A stretch of DNA of 62,859 nt, filler included. It is 12 parts of 12 records of this genome, joined end to end, with 100 filler letters (N's around TTAATTAATTAA, not from the genome) between each part and the next. Parts side by side here need not be neighbours in the genome. Positions count along the whole stretch, not along the records: positions 5,651 to 14,909 come from SRR7504441_2103; positions 15,010 to 18,795 come from SRR7504441_2104; positions 18,896 to 21,925 come from SRR7504441_2110; positions 22,026 to 25,813 come from SRR7504441_2114; 8 more parts are not named here. One strand, 5' to 3'. Numbering within the stretch: the stretch's first letter is position 1; each line of letters opens with the position of its first letter. A program made the position numbers and the translations under genes. The notes below the pieces were generated by a model. It was not told the DNA's origin and did no database searches. It was given only the letters and a program-made list of their open reading frames with translations. Of the stretch, positions 12,175-25,025 are shown piece by piece.

Positions 12175-12512
12175 TAGCGCGCCGCACGGCCGTGCCAGGC
12201 AGCGCGACTCCGATGTGGCCGACACTCTGGCGGTGTCGTGGCTCTCTCAGCAGCAATACGAGCTTAACTATTATTTAAATGCTTGGAGCTAGTTATTAGT
12301 GGCATTCTTCATGAAGCCAACATCCTACAAGGCAATACCATACTCGTCCTATATTTAACTAGGTGCTACTGGTTAGTCGGTGGATTTCAACCGGGCCTAC
12401 AGGGCGTACAGGCTATGTACAGTCGATGTCGTGCAGGCAAAGACAAACACTTGGTCCGTTGTAATTTTTTGGATTGCCGTGCGAGCCAAGCGACCCGGAC
12501 CGCCCATCCAAA

Positions 12513-14208
12513 ATGGCACCCACCCGGCCGCTCCGCGTGGCGATCCACACGCCGTCGTATTTCAAAGTGGACGGGGTGCCGCCCGGCCCGGGGCCCCGCT
12601 CACCCGGCCCAGGTGACGCACACGCTGAACAAGCTCTGCCGGCACATGGAGAAGGTGGGGGTCGAGTACCGGATCATCACCACCACCGCCGCGATGGACC
12701 GCGTGCCCGACCCGCAGGCGGTGGTGGGGTACAAGAACTGCCTGTTCGAGGAAGGTATCCCGGTGCTGTTCGACCCCGAGAACGTCTACGAGGAGCCGGT
12801 GCAGCTAGGCCGGGCCAACGCGCAGGCGGTTATAGACTTCAAACCGGACATTATGCACGTCACCTCCCCGGCGCTCGGGACCTTCTCGATCCTGCGCTGG
12901 GCCCGCCAGCACGGCATCCCCACCGTGGCCACCTACCACTCGTCGTTTGACGACTACGCGCGCTCCTGGCTCTCGGACCCGCTTCGGCCCAAGTTTCTAA
13001 TTCCGTTTGACAACATGTGGATCCACACGTACGAGTCGTACTTCCGGACGCTGTACAACTCGGTGGGCACGATCTTTGTCCCGACTCCGTACATCATGCA
13101 GAAGCTCAGGATCAACGGATCTGTGGTGGACGGGATCAACAACGCCAAGGTACTCGAATTAGATTACGACCATTACTCAGCGTTCTGACAGGTCTGGGGC
13201 CGGGCGGTCGACTCGAGCCACTTCAACCCGTCTAACCGGAGCACCGAGCTGCGCGCCCGGCACAACATCCCTCAGGAGGCGGTGGTGGTGCTCTGGGTTG
13301 GTAGGATGGTCCCCGAGAAGAGCATGGATGTCTGGATTAACGTGCTCACACGGCTCCAGACAGAGTGCAACGTGCAGGTGGTCGGCCTGGCCTGCGGCAA
13401 AGGCCCGATGGAGCCCGAACTGGACGCCCTCCCGTTCGTACGCAACCTGGGCTGGCTGAACGCGGATGAGCTCGCGGTCGCGTATGCATCCTCCGACATT
13501 TTCCTGTTCCCGAGCGCGGTCGAGACGTTCGGGAACGTTACGCTCGAGGCGCAGGCGAGCGGTGTGGCCTGCATTGTGGAGAGCAGCTGCTCTGGGCACT
13601 TGGTGCAGCACGGCCGGAACGGGTTTAGCTGTGCGAAGAACGATAAGGAGGCGTTCTTTAAGGCGACCGTCGAGCTCTGCACGAATGTGCAGCAGCGGGA
13701 GTCGTTCGGGTCTATCGGGCGCGAGGAGATTGTGAAGCACTGCAACGTTTCGGCCCATAACCAGCTGATGCTGGACAATTACCAGGAGGTAGTCGACGGT
13801 AAGATGATCCACCAAGTGCCGGTGCACACGCGCTGGTTTGGGATCTATTTGGAGAAAATGGCCGTCCTGATGGCCCAGATGCTCCGGCTGGCCTCGCTGG
13901 CAGGGGCGCACCGGGCCGGGCTGGCGATGAAGCTGCTGCTAGTGATGTGGATTGTGATGGTAGTCGGACTCTTGCCTGCGGCCCTCCTCGTGACAACTCT
14001 CGCAAAGTGGATCAGCCGGTTCTCACGGCCGGTCCAGCCTTGCTGCGACCGGCTGGTCTACTGGGTCACCTCCACTGCCCGACAGTGGTCGCGAGGACGG
14101 CCTCCGGCCGAAGCTCGGCCAGCATCATCCCCAGCTGGCCGCCATACTGACTCCAAGCACTCTGGCGATAGCCCTTCCGTTTCACAAGACACCCCTCCGA
14201 TCGCTTAG
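12513..14208 (+). CDS. GT4 family glycosyltransferase (MgtA/PimB/SQD2-like) with C-terminal hydrophobic anchor
   Basis: Two small introns. MAPTRPLRVAIHT..VDGVTHTL, FKPDIMHVTSP, VATYHS, VWGRAVDSSHFNP, WVGRMVPEK, FLFPSAVETFGNVTLEAQASG (ExFG...E motif). Confidence 0.9.
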
Positions 14209-14421
14209 CGGCGTGTGTTAGTCAAATTAAGTCAAATAAAAATCTGTATTTATTTGGGTGAAGACCGATTGCAATCCTACGACCTAGCCTCGATACGGAC
14301 ATGGATACAGAACACTGCTTCAAGTGAATAAATGTGATAAAATTACACGTACATACGATAGGCATATGACAACACCTAATGCATAACCCAAGCACCGATA
14401 TAAATCCGCTTAAACACAATT

Positions 14422-14909
14422 CTATAGTAGCACGCAATCGCAGTTGGCGTTGATTTCGTTGCGATCCAAGTTATCGTACTTGGCCATCATCGGCCCGAGC
14501 ATCGACTTGACCAGATACTCGTTAATTGACAAGTTCCGCCTGGCGTTCCGTTTGACTTCCCTCTTCTCGGACTTATAATCGTCGTTCACGTCCACACCGG
14601 GGATGGGGTCCATATATCTGTTGTACTGCTCGACAACATCGTCATTGTTGGTACACATCATAAACCCGACGAAGTTCTGACGACTCTTCGCCCTCACGAT
14701 CCGCTGCAGCTGGTTGAAACTGACGTCCGAAGGCTCACCGTCCGTGAACACGAGCACCAGCCGCCTCTTGCCCTGCTGCAGCGGCCTTGTTAGGTAGTTC
14801 TGCATCAGCCCTCCGAGCGGGGTCCTGCCCGCAGGCACGGCCTGCCTCCCCAGTCACTGCCGGCCTGGACTAGGCGCACCCAGCTCCAGCATTGGACCAG
14901 ATCTTGGAC
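14422..14909 (-). CDS. vWA-domain protein C-terminus with CaaX prenylation motif (partial)
   Basis: GRTPLG, LVLVFTDGEPSD (MIDAS Asp), VDVNDDYKSEK; ends NCDCVLL*. Confidence 0.7.
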
Positions 14910-15009
14910 NNNNNNNNNNNNNNNNNNNNNNNNNNNNNNNNNNNNNNNNNNNNTTAATTAATTAANNNNNNNNNNNNNNNNNNNNNNNNNNNNNNNNNNN
15001 NNNNNNNNN

Positions 15010-17267
15010 CCCCCTGCTGGTTGTAGAGCGGGTTCGGCCCACGAATCAGGAAGGGCGAGGTTGACATTAATTCGGCAGAATGAGTCGAGCTCAGAGTGTA
15101 GCTGGAGTGATAGACGGCCATACCGTGTCGGGATGTTTGTGGCGTTAATGCTCTCTCCGCCTGAGAGCCATTCGCGTGGAACGGCTTTGAGCAGCTGTAA
15201 CGCCTCGAGATCTGGGTCCTCGAATGTGATGGCCCACCGGAGGTAGAGAGGTGCTGTTTGTTCTGCAGGTGCCGAGTATGGTGTTGCTATTGCTTCGCGG
15301 TCTAACGGAGAACCTTCTGGTGTGGTCCACGTGCCCCGCGTGTACGAGTGAGCCGAATGCGAGAACCAGTGCAGCAGGTATTCGGGGACCATGTCAGCTT
15401 GAAGCAACGCCTGCCCAAACCCGTGCAGCACAAACGCAAACCACATTGAATTGGTGCTAATAGAGCCCAACCGCAGAAGGCCGCCGTGGCCTAGGTTGTC
15501 CCAGATGTCTCGCACTATTGCCTTCTCCAGCATCCCAGCGTACATTAGCTCAGCGTAGGATCTCCACGGTGTAATCTGGGAGTTTGTAGGGTGCACATCC
15601 ACGCAGCCGCGGGCCTGTGGGTCGGCAGCGAACGGCCAGCACCTTGTGCCTGCCGCCGCGCTGTCGTTCTGAATCACGGTGCGGTTCATTGACGCATGCA
15701 GATCACGGCGCAACACAGCTGCTGCATCGACCATCCATCCGCCAAGGCTTAGCATCCCTGGTGTCGGCTTTGCAATCTGCGCATACACCCTCCCTAATTC
15801 GAGCCATCCGCGTGCTATAGCTGCCGCGGAAGCGTAGTAATGCAGCGGCGCGGTTGGTGGTGAGAAGGCTGGCGTGTAGCCCTCCACACGCACAAAGTTG
15901 TCGGCTTCACTGTCACCGATTGGAATGCCATAGCGAGGGTCACTAGCCGGATAGCTGAGCGACTGTGCGCGTGATGCATTGAGCCAGTTCACAACGGCCT
16001 GGATCTTGTCGAAGTGGGTCACCAGGAGAGAATCGTCGCGAGTATATGCATAGTGCTTAGCCAGCAAGGTCAGAAGGAGCCCTGACTGTGCAGTCTCGGG
16101 TCCTCGGTAGGACACAGCGCCACCGTGCCGCACATAGTACGATAGAAAGTTGTCAAGCAGACCGCCGGCGTAAGGAAACATGCCCCATTCGAGTGCTGCT
16201 TGCACCTCAGCAGTCAGTGTGTCAGCGAAGCCGTTGCCGGGATCAGCCTGCGCGCCGTACCCCGGGCTAACACCATAGCGTGGAAACCACGTATCAACTC
16301 GGGTGATCATCCCTTTGACTGAGCCATGCTTAGCTTGGAGGGATAACCAGCTGCCGTTAGTCGTGTTGGTCGCAGGCAGCTGGAGCTCCATCCTCGTCTC
16401 ATTGCGAAAGGTCGTCTCCCAATATCTGACCACTTGGAGCAAATTGGCATAGAACGGTGCTGGTGGTGCAGACACGGGTGCTGGCCCCGGGCCAACCCAC
16501 CAGTACGTGTCAAAGTACGATGCATTGCCGATCAGCTTACAGCTCACATCTGCGGCCGAATCGCAGCACACTTGTTGGAAACGATACCACACATCTTGTT
16601 CCCGGCTGCCGTGCATCTCTGGTTTGGGAGCAGCTACCATGGTCCAGTGGCATGAAGAGTTGACGATTGGATACAAGAAGCTGATGACCGGCAGGTATCC
16701 GCCCACTAGGCCTTCGAGGATCCCATTGCTGTCAATGTGCTGTGAGGCGTTTGCATCTCTGATAACCATGTTGATGGGTGGGGGCGCTTGGCCACACGGC
16801 ATCCCACCGTCCGAGAACGAGACATCATAGGCCGCAGAGCGACTGCCGACGAAGCTCCGCACACAGCCATCAGTCGCCTTGCCCCATGGACCATACGAGT
16901 TCCGCCGGATAGGGGGCAGCGCCTTCTCCACAGCTGCCCACGACGGCTCCGCTCCGTCAGCCAGCAGCTTCTCGCCCAGCAGGTCGCGACTGGAGCCGAT
17001 CACAGTAGACTTGTTCAGCCCGAGGTAATAAGCGTCGTCGGGTGCGCTGATCCTCTCACGAGTCTGTGGCAGCCAGACCGTCTCGCCAGTGCTGCTGTGA
17101 AGTGCAATTCCGCCCGTTCTGACATCTTCACACGCAGTCCACGATGCGCCCTCGGCTTCGAACACAGCCTGCTGAATGTTGGCGGGAGACAGGCAGGGTT
17201 GGGCTCCCTCGGCGGCAGTGAGCAGTACTAGTAGCAGGAGCTGTCGGCCGGCCATCTGTGGACTCAT
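15010..17267 (-). CDS. Secreted six-hairpin glycosidase-like protein (3' truncated)
   Basis: Uninterrupted ORF of more than 750 codons with a signal peptide (MAGRQLLLLVLLTAAEGA). (alpha/alpha)6-like helices (LAKHYAYTRDDSLL..HFDKIQAVVNWL, GDSEAD) and a C-terminal LLKAVPREWL..NIPTRYGRLS beta domain. Confidence 0.65.
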
Positions 17268-17297
17268 CTGGCGCCGTTGCCGTTACTTTCGGCAGGC
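17268..17297. promoter_or_regulatory. 30-bp divergent intergenic spacer with tandem YAACGG motifs
   Basis: CCGTTG at 17274-17279 and CCGTTA at 17280-17285 lie between opposed start codons at 17267(-) and 17298(+). Confidence 0.55.
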
Positions 17298-18385
17298 ATG
17301 CATCGGCTGCGACTGGCCGGGTACCGAGCAGGCGCCCCGGCTGAGCAGCTGCTCGGATTCGTGCTGCCGGAGCTGGCTGCCCGGCTAGAAGCCGCGGCGC
17401 CGCCACTGGCCAAGCTTGAAGCCCGCCTGGCTGCACTTGGCGGGGCACGCTCGGGAGTGGTCTCCTCAGTCCAGCATCTGTATGACCGCTCCCGCAGCAG
17501 CCTGATGACCCAGGCTCCGGACACCCCGGAGGGGTTTGAGCTGCTGCGGCAACTGCGGGCGGAGCACAGTCATGTGATGGCCGATATCGCCGAGGGGTGC
17601 CGACCGGAGCGCGGCGAGCCGACAGACCCCGCCCTGCAGGAGGCAATAGGCGGTCTGGCGAAGCTGCGGGTCGGGTTTCACACGCTGCTCTCGCACGCAG
17701 TAGCCTCACAGAGCCAGGAGCCTGGACGGGTGGGCGCGGTCGGCACGCCCTTGCAGATGGCGAGTGTAGCGCACGCTGCTGTGCAGGACGCAGCGCACTT
17801 GTGTGATCGAGTGTATGGACAGGTGGCCAGCCTGCAGCGTAGGTTTGCAGCCAGATAACAGCGGCTCCGGGTGCAGGTGCCGGATGTGCAACTGAGCGGG
17901 GAAAACGCGGTCGAATTTGATTATTTCAAGCAACACTTGTACTTTGTTCTGTTTGAATTAATCAAGAATGCGATGCGAGCCTGCGTTGAGTCCAAGCGCG
18001 ATGCCGGGATTCAGTTGAAATTCGTCCAACTCAACACAGACAGGCTCTCAGTCAGGATCTCGGACAGCGGTACAGGCATGGACATGGACACACTGGCGCG
18101 CTGCCAGCTTTTTGGTGCGACCTCAGTGCCTGGGGGTGCTGCTGGGAGTTCAGGGGCACTTGATCAGAGCCCAATGGCAGGTGAGCCGTCCGCAAGATGA
18201 GCCATAGTTTGACTGGCACGGCAGGATTCGGTTACGGGATACCATTGAGCCGCGTGTATTGTGAATTTATGGGCGGTGGACTGCAGATGGTTTCACAACC
18301 CTCAACTGGCACAGACTGTGTTTGTGAGTTTGGGCATGAGTCTGAGGATTTAGTTGACCCCACAGCCCATGTGGGCCACGGTTGA
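17298..18385 (+). CDS. Pyruvate dehydrogenase kinase / BCKD kinase family protein
   Basis: Introns at about 17823-17877 and 18182-18223. HLYFVLFELIKNAMRA (N box), RISDSGTGM (G1), PMAGFGYGIPLSRVYCEFMGG (G2), GTD. Confidence 0.88.
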
Positions 18386-19170
18386 AGCAAGTAGATGGCA
18401 ATAGCCACACGCCAATCCTCATTAGTTTACGTATGAAGAGCACTTGGTGCCGTGCAGGCGCCAGCAAAGAAACTAGGCCAGCAAGTACGCCAAGTAGTCT
18501 CATGGTAAGTTTAGGCAACCTCGGCAATCCATGTATACGTAGCCGACACGCCGGCATGATTGTGTCAGCAAAATTAATTATTGTGTCCAATGTGTCGGCT
18601 AGCCGCCCCATATAAATCTAAAAGACCTCCAGTGTGAGGCTGTGGTCGACTCCTACATGTTGCTCGGCACGGACGTGCGCCACAATCCACGGCCGCGCGG
18701 TGATACGTAACTATGTGTTCGTGTGCTACGTAGCGCGGATCTGGCGTGCAGGACTGGCAAGGAAGTGTAGGTAGACCATAGTATCAGTAGTCCGTNNNNN
18801 NNNNNNNNNNNNNNNNNNNNNNNNNNNNNNNNNNNNNNNTTAATTAATTAANNNNNNNNNNNNNNNNNNNNNNNNNNNNNNNNNNNNNNNNNNNNGGATG
18901 GTCTTGGTCGCCTGGTCCACATCCACTCTGTGGCTCATTGCTGCCAGACGTGCAAAAGTTCGGCGCATGCGAGTCCGGGCCGTGATTCGATTCCGTTATG
19001 ATCAGGCCCCGTCCCAAATGGTACGAGTACGCACTTCATCTGTGGTACGGACGGGCCGGATCCAGGCGGGCTGGACCGACGACTTCTTGGCCAGGCTCGA
19101 GCCGGCCCGCACCCAGCTTAGCGTCGGCTTGTGGCATGCCCAGACCGGGCTGGAGTCCGCTGCGCTGCCC

Positions 19171-20510
19171 ATGGGGTTCCTATGCCTTCCGGCCGAGCTG
19201 CAGCTGCACGTCGCCCGGTTCCTGGAAGCCAGCCCGGAACACCAGGCCGCGCTCTGCCTAGCCATCCCGCCGCTCGGCCGCCGAGCGATCAAGGCGCTTC
19301 CGAGTTACCAGGACCCGCTGCTCTCGGTGGCGCTCCGGCTGGACGGCCGAGAGCCTGCCGGGCTCATCGACCTGCGACTGCTCCGGCGGTACGCGCAAGA
19401 TAGCCGGGCGACCGAGGCCGGGTGCGCCTGGTTGGCCCGGATTTCTTCAGACCCGGCCATCCACGTGGAGTCGGCGGATGGCTTTTCGGATAGCCGGGTT
19501 TGGTGGCTGCAGAGCGGACGGGATGATCCGTGCCGGATTCGGATGGCGGTTGCGGATGGCAGCGTAGTCCACATGGACGGCGAGCCGGGCAACGAGCGGA
19601 TGGTTCGCACCGAGCATCCGGGCGGTCGGATGGACTACTTTGCAGACGGTCCAGGGCCCAAGACACGGGTGGTTCGGGTTGAGTGGCCCGATGGTGCCAT
19701 TATCCATTGCGAGGGCAAGCCCGGCACGCCGCAGTGGGGGCGACTGATCAGCCAAGTCGACCCGGACGGCACTGTCACGCACTACACGGGCGAGGTCGGC
19801 AACGAACGAGTCATCCGGCAAGAACTCTCAGACGGCTCAGACGGCCTGGAGCGCTGGTACGAGGGCGAGCAGGGCAGCGAGCGAATCGTCCGTGAGGAAT
19901 ATCCGAACGGTACCACGCTGTTCTTTGAGGGCGATCAGGGCTGTGAGCGCTGGATTCGGGTGGAATATCCGGATGGCAAGGTGCAATATTACGAGGGCGA
20001 GCAGGGCAGTGAGCGGAGAGTTCGGCTGGAGTGGCCTGATGGTGGCCTGCCTCATTGCATCCTAAACCCTAACCCAGGCATCCGCTCAAAGGGTTGGTGG
20101 CAGGCGTGATGCAGCACTACGAGGGCCTGCAGGGCAGCGAGCGCCTGGTTCGTCTGGACAGACCCGATGACAAGCTCCAGCACTACAAGGGCGAGCAAGG
20201 AAACGAGCGTCTAGTGCGCAAGGACCTGCCTGATGGGAGGCGGCAATACTACGAGGGCAGGAAGGGCAGTGAGCATGGCGTTCGCGTGGAGTGGCCCGAC
20301 GGGCGGTGCGCTCCCAGCCGGCCGCTGGGTCTGATTGGCTGGGGCAGAGTACACTATTACGAAGGCATAAAGGGCAGCGAGCGTCTTGTTCGTCAAGAGC
20401 TGCCGGACGGCAGAGTGCAGGACTATGCGGTTCAGCAAGGCAGTGAGCAAGAGAACGAGCAACCTACCACAGGTGAGGCGGATTGTTTCTTGCAATCGCT
20501 GTTCGTTTAA
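19171..20510 (+). CDS. F-box-like N-terminus plus about 11 copies of a 22-aa 'YEGEQGSERxVRxExPDG' repeat
   Basis: MGFLCLPAELQLHVARFL (F-box-like start). Repeats are visible in ORFs 18898-20109 and 20094-20510. Removing introns 20042-20103 and 20306-20347 restores exact repeat register. Confidence 0.75.
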
Positions 20511-20824
20511 ATGGGGCTCGTGTGCACAAGTAGCGTGCTCGCGCAAGGCACGGCTACACCTCCGATGCTATAATGATGCCAATCCGTAGAGCCACTGTAC
20601 GTGCAATAAGTGCACAATGTCATACTTGTAGTCGGATAAGGTACAATCATGATGGTCATACATTGACAATCATGAATACAGTCTCTCAATAAATAAATAA
20701 ACTTTTGTTTTGATACATTGTAGATACATTGCATGAGACTTTTAATGAATATCACGCGTCGTTGCTTACATGATTGTATATAACATGCGTGCTGCTTAAT
20801 GATAGCTTAGTATAAGCTTAGTAC

Positions 20825-21868
20825 TTAGGTAATATCTGCCACATTGGCCGTATCAATCCTTTCTAGCATGTGTGCCCCAGCGTGCACCGGCGGATACTTG
20901 GCCGGCCCTCCGCCCTCCAGGCAGGACACGGTGGCCTCGAAGTTGCAGCACCGGAAGAAGGCCATCGAGTACCGGTGCTGCCCTGGTTCTGTTGGGTTCC
21001 TTGCCCTGTGGACTGTGGATTTGAATCGATCGTTCGACCATCGGGCGAGCAAGTCACCAATGTTCACCACAAACGCGCCATCCACAGCCGGCATCGGCGT
21101 CCACGGCTCGGACGGCGAGCGCAGGATCTCCAGCCCGCCGGTGGCGGTCTGCGTGCGCTGTGCCAGCAGCGTGAAGCATTCAAAGTCAGTATGCGATCCA
21201 ATCCCCATTTGCTGCTCGGTCTGGGCAGCAGCAAGCGGTGGGTAGTGCAGGCAGTTGAGCGAGTCCATCCCCTCCTCCACCAGTCCCTTGAACCGGTCCT
21301 CCGGCAGCCCCAGACTCAGCGCGAAGAGCGCGAACATACTATCAGAGAGCCGCATCAGCTCAGCATAATACTCGCTGAGCGCCCCCTCAAACCGCGGCGA
21401 TGGATAGACATTCGGCGCAAACAGCACCGGGTTATAGTGCGGGTGCGTCTTGGGCAGCTGCTGTCCAAGGTGGTACGCCTCCTTGGCGTCGGTGGGCAGT
21501 TCCTCGCTCGAGTGCGACTCGGCTCCGGCCCGCGCGTCGGTGCTATCCAGCCCGTACCCGCCCTGCTCGTGCATCCCGGTGTACCCACGGAAGCCCTCCT
21601 GCCGCTCCACGTGCCACTCGAGTTTGCTCGCGGTCGGCTGCGCGAAGAACTCCTCCAGGGCATCGAAGGCGCCGGCGGTCACGCGGTCCGGCACCCCGTG
21701 CCCGCGGATGTAGAAGAACCCATGCTCGGCCGCCGCGTTTCGGATGGCGGTGCACACCCGCGCGGTGGCTGGCCCCCGATCCCCCGCCACGAACGGGGCC
21801 AAGTCGATCAGCGGCAGCCCAGACGCCGCCGAGCTCATCAGCCGCCTCGCGGCCCTCGCCATCGGCAT
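20825..21868 (-). CDS. 2-oxoglutarate/Fe(II) dioxygenase, isopenicillin-N-synthase-like family
   Basis: Intronless ORF: LPLIDL, HGFFYIRGHGV, LHYPP, GSHTDF (HxD), VVNIGDLLARWSNDRFKSTVHR, RYS. Confidence 0.93.
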   Translation of the reverse strand: MPMARAARRLMSSAASGLPLIDLAPFVAGDRGPATARVCTAIRNAAAEHGFFYIRGHGVPDRVTAGAFDALEEFFAQPTASKLEWHVERQEGFRGYTGMHEQGGYGLDSTDARAGAESHSSEELPTDAKEAYHLGQQLPKTHPHYNPVLFAPNVYPSPRFEGALSEYYAELMRLSDSMFALFALSLGLPEDRFKGLVEEGMDSLNCLHYPPLAAAQTEQQMGIGSHTDFECFTLLAQRTQTATGGLEILRSPSEPWTPMPAVDGAFVVNIGDLLARWSNDRFKSTVHRARNPTEPGQHRYSMAFFRCCNFEATVSCLEGGGPAKYPPVHAGAHMLERIDTANVADIT

Positions 21869-22103
21869 GTGACCGCCGGCCGGTGTGCCAGAACTGAAAT
21901 CGTCCGTTGCAGCCCAAGCACCGACNNNNNNNNNNNNNNNNNNNNNNNNNNNNNNNNNNNNNNNNNNNNTTAATTAATTAANNNNNNNNNNNNNNNNNNN
22001 NNNNNNNNNNNNNNNNNNNNNNNNNCGGCATTGCCACCCTCGTAACCGCCATTTTATGAAATTGATTTGTTGCATCTCGAATTATCGGTTAGATCGCAAC
22101 TGA

Positions 22104-25025
22104 TCATGAACTAATTCCTTTTAGCTTTTTGTCAGCGCCGCGCCTCCTATTATGGTTTGCAAAAGCTGCTTTGTTCTGCTCCTTCTTCTTGTTTGCAATA
22201 GTCTGCCCACGACCTGCATGACACCAATGTAAACACCAATATAACTTCTTTCATAAGCATATCAGCTACCTGCACCTCGCCAACCACGGCCTTTGCCGCC
22301 TGACCCTCGACCACGATCTTTCCCTTTCCCTGTGCACTTGGTGAGCCGATCAATCACCATTTTGGGATCACCACCCGGTTGCATCGGCCAGTCTCTGCGA
22401 TCGTTACCTTCTTGCTCCTCGTCCTGCTCATTGGCCTCCTGCTTCCTCAGGCTCATGATGTCGCACAGGCTGCACCCATATCACCTCTGAAGCTGCACCC
22501 GAGCGCTCCTGTATTCTCACATGCCCCCCAACATCGTTGCTCATTGCACCACCACCTTCACTTAAATAACCCCAATGATGCTCTTTTTGTCACCTGAGTC
22601 GAGTATTGCAAAGCTCGGGATCTCATCAAATGCATCATCGTACTCGTCATCATACTCCAGATTGGAATCGTCCTTTTTTGGCTCCTCTGCAAAGAGCAGA
22701 TCAGAGGCCACGCTTGCCAAGATACATACCAGGCTCGCGTTCCCATTGAGTGGCCAAGATTCCCTCTCTGTCAACCTCCGCAGAACCCACATCTGCACCC
22801 CAAAGTCTCCCGAACAAAGGCTGGTCAGTGTAAGCATACCGCCACGGATGAATGCATCTGTGCTGCTCTTACCACACCAGACCACTGATTTTGGCAGAGC
22901 CAGGGCCCTGTAGTTAGAATCAGCTGAACTAGGCTCGAGCAATACACACTGGTCAAATACATCGCCGTCGAATACATTTGGCCGCTCGGGCAGCACAACT
23001 TGGGCCATTTCCTTGTTACCTGCAGCCAGCACTAATGACAGACAGTATACAGCTCCATCGCACCAACTTGGGCCTGCAAAGCAGGAGGCAAATTGTCCTC
23101 CAGAAGGGCATTGATCAGCTGCACCGTGTCGCCTGTCTCTCCTCAACAAGCGCTACCTGGTCGGGTTAGCACCACAATAGTAGTCCAGTGCGCGTTCAAC
23201 CAGCTCTTTGTCTACATCAGGGAACACATCAAGCACTTCCCGGCACTGCTGCTCCCTTGGGCTAAGGCCAGATGACTGACTGGTGGGCTGGTTGGTAGCA
23301 GCCACAGGTTGCGCGGGGGCGGGTGGGTACAGCCGGGTTGGGACTAAGCTCTTGTTGCTCGCGTGCAGCTGCTGCATGAGTGCCAGAGAATACCTGCCGG
23401 CACCAATGAATCTCATGTGTCAGATAGGTAGAAAGTACCGCAATCTCACAGCATCTAACTGATTAGAGGGCTCTTCTGCAGCCACAAGCAGCCGCTCCAG
23501 CTGCTCCTCCAGCTCGTAGTGCACGCAGAGTCCAGCCAACAACGAACTGCTGTCATCATTCCCAATGGGCAGTAGCTCGGGAGGTAGCAGCACGATGAGT
23601 GGAATTAGGCTATACAGAAGTTCTTTGTCCTGGCTGTACGACGCCACTGCACAAAGTGTGGCCCCTGATCATAGTTGATGAGCCAGGTCAACGCAGTTTG
23701 GCACGTGCCTGTGTGGCTTGGAAGGTACTCTGCGATGCATTCTTTCATCACCTATCCGCACTCGGACTCCGCTTATCAGTGGCCAAACCCAGTGGGCGAT
23801 ATCCATTAGTGCTGTTTGGGTCACCATCTGGGTGACTGGAAGCGCCTCGCCTGGCTCAACCAGCCTAGGCACCACCTGCCAGAGGGAGCTGATTGGTGCT
23901 GTTGGCCACTTTTGCCTGGTGGTGCAGAGCAGAGAGCACAGTCATCATGTTGGTCAACTCCCCGTTGGCAAGCTGTTGCGCTGCAAGTTCTACAAATACA
24001 CCCGCTACTCGGCTGCCCCTGGGTGAGCTATAGAAACACCAATGGTACACCGGTCAGCTCCAACTAATATCGCCAAACTCACGGCAATATCCAACAGGTA
24101 TACCAACTGCCGCCAGGGCAGTAGCAGTCATGCCCAATTAAGTCGCAGTTCACCAGCTCGTGCGTAGCCACGGGATCTAATGCGGGCTCAGCCAACTGCT
24201 GTAGCACCTGTGTGGCTGGGCTCGGTTAAAGCACCGCCAGGCGCGCTTGCCTTTGCAAGCACTGTGTAGCTCTGGTCCGCACATGTGCGGAGCGATCTGA
24301 TCAGCGGCGGGTGGGCGTCTATGGCTGTCGCAACTACCGTATTGACCAGCTGCCGGGGCCGGTTGCGCAGGGTAGGTTGGCAACTGACCTTGGGGTTGAG
24401 TTCCCCGTAGATGGAGCACACATCCAGCAGGCCTGGGCCTGAGAACAGCTGTACCCCTCGCTCGTGCCCCCGGTTAGCTGACACGCACCACGCCCACCAT
24501 CCGACCCCGGAGCTCAGGGCTGAAGCTCCCGCCGCAAGCCGCCCGGTGCAGGCACTGCAACACCCTCGAGCTAACCGCGGCCTCCGCGTCCCTCGATGCT
24601 TGGTCCAGTAGCTGCACCCCAGTCAGGGCGCCCATCCCGGTGGCACCTTGGGCCCCTCGCGGGCGCGGGCGGCCGCGTCGTGCGTCCGGGCCGCGTAGCG
24701 CAGGAAGCTGTCAATCAGTAGCCCAAACGAGCGACTCTCGAGCACTGTCCAGGCAAACTGCGCCCCTGGGAGTTGCAGCGCTGCCCCGAGGTCCACCGTT
24801 ATCAACCGTAGCACCTGCCGGCCAGAATCGCCGGCCGGCTTGGCTTGGTGGTGCCTCCAGCCGGTCATACACCGCTACCGTCTCGGCGGCCCGCGGGTCG
24901 AGCGCGTCCACTGGGAGGTAGCATAGGTACTCGGGCGAGCCGGTCACTGGAGCTGGGGCCGAGATCATCTTGGCTGCTCCACCGGGGACGAATGCCTCCG
25001 ACGCGTGGCTCAGCCTCCTTCCCAT
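22104..25025 (-). CDS. ASCC2: Activating signal cointegrator 1 complex subunit 2 (CUE-domain protein)
   Basis: Multi-exon, with motifs in ASCC2 order: LIDSFLRYAAR, LLDVCSIYG, CUE domain (EVLDVFPDVDKELVERALDYY), RPNVFDGDVFD, EYDDEYDDAFD, and C-terminal KKKEQNKAAFANHNRRRGADKKLKG*. Start codon uncertain. Confidence 0.82.

Noticed and set aside
20825-21868. 2OG dioxygenase as the 5hmU-generating partner of the aGPT-Pplase1 gene
   Set aside because: It is IPNS-like (a small-molecule family that includes free-thymine hydroxylases), not TET/JBP, and lies on a different contig, so there is no linkage evidence.
20844-21973. Long antisense ORFs (e.g. 20870-21973, 33178-34155, 56309-57070) as overlapping genes
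   Set aside because: Expected in high-GC coding DNA; no recognisable motifs.
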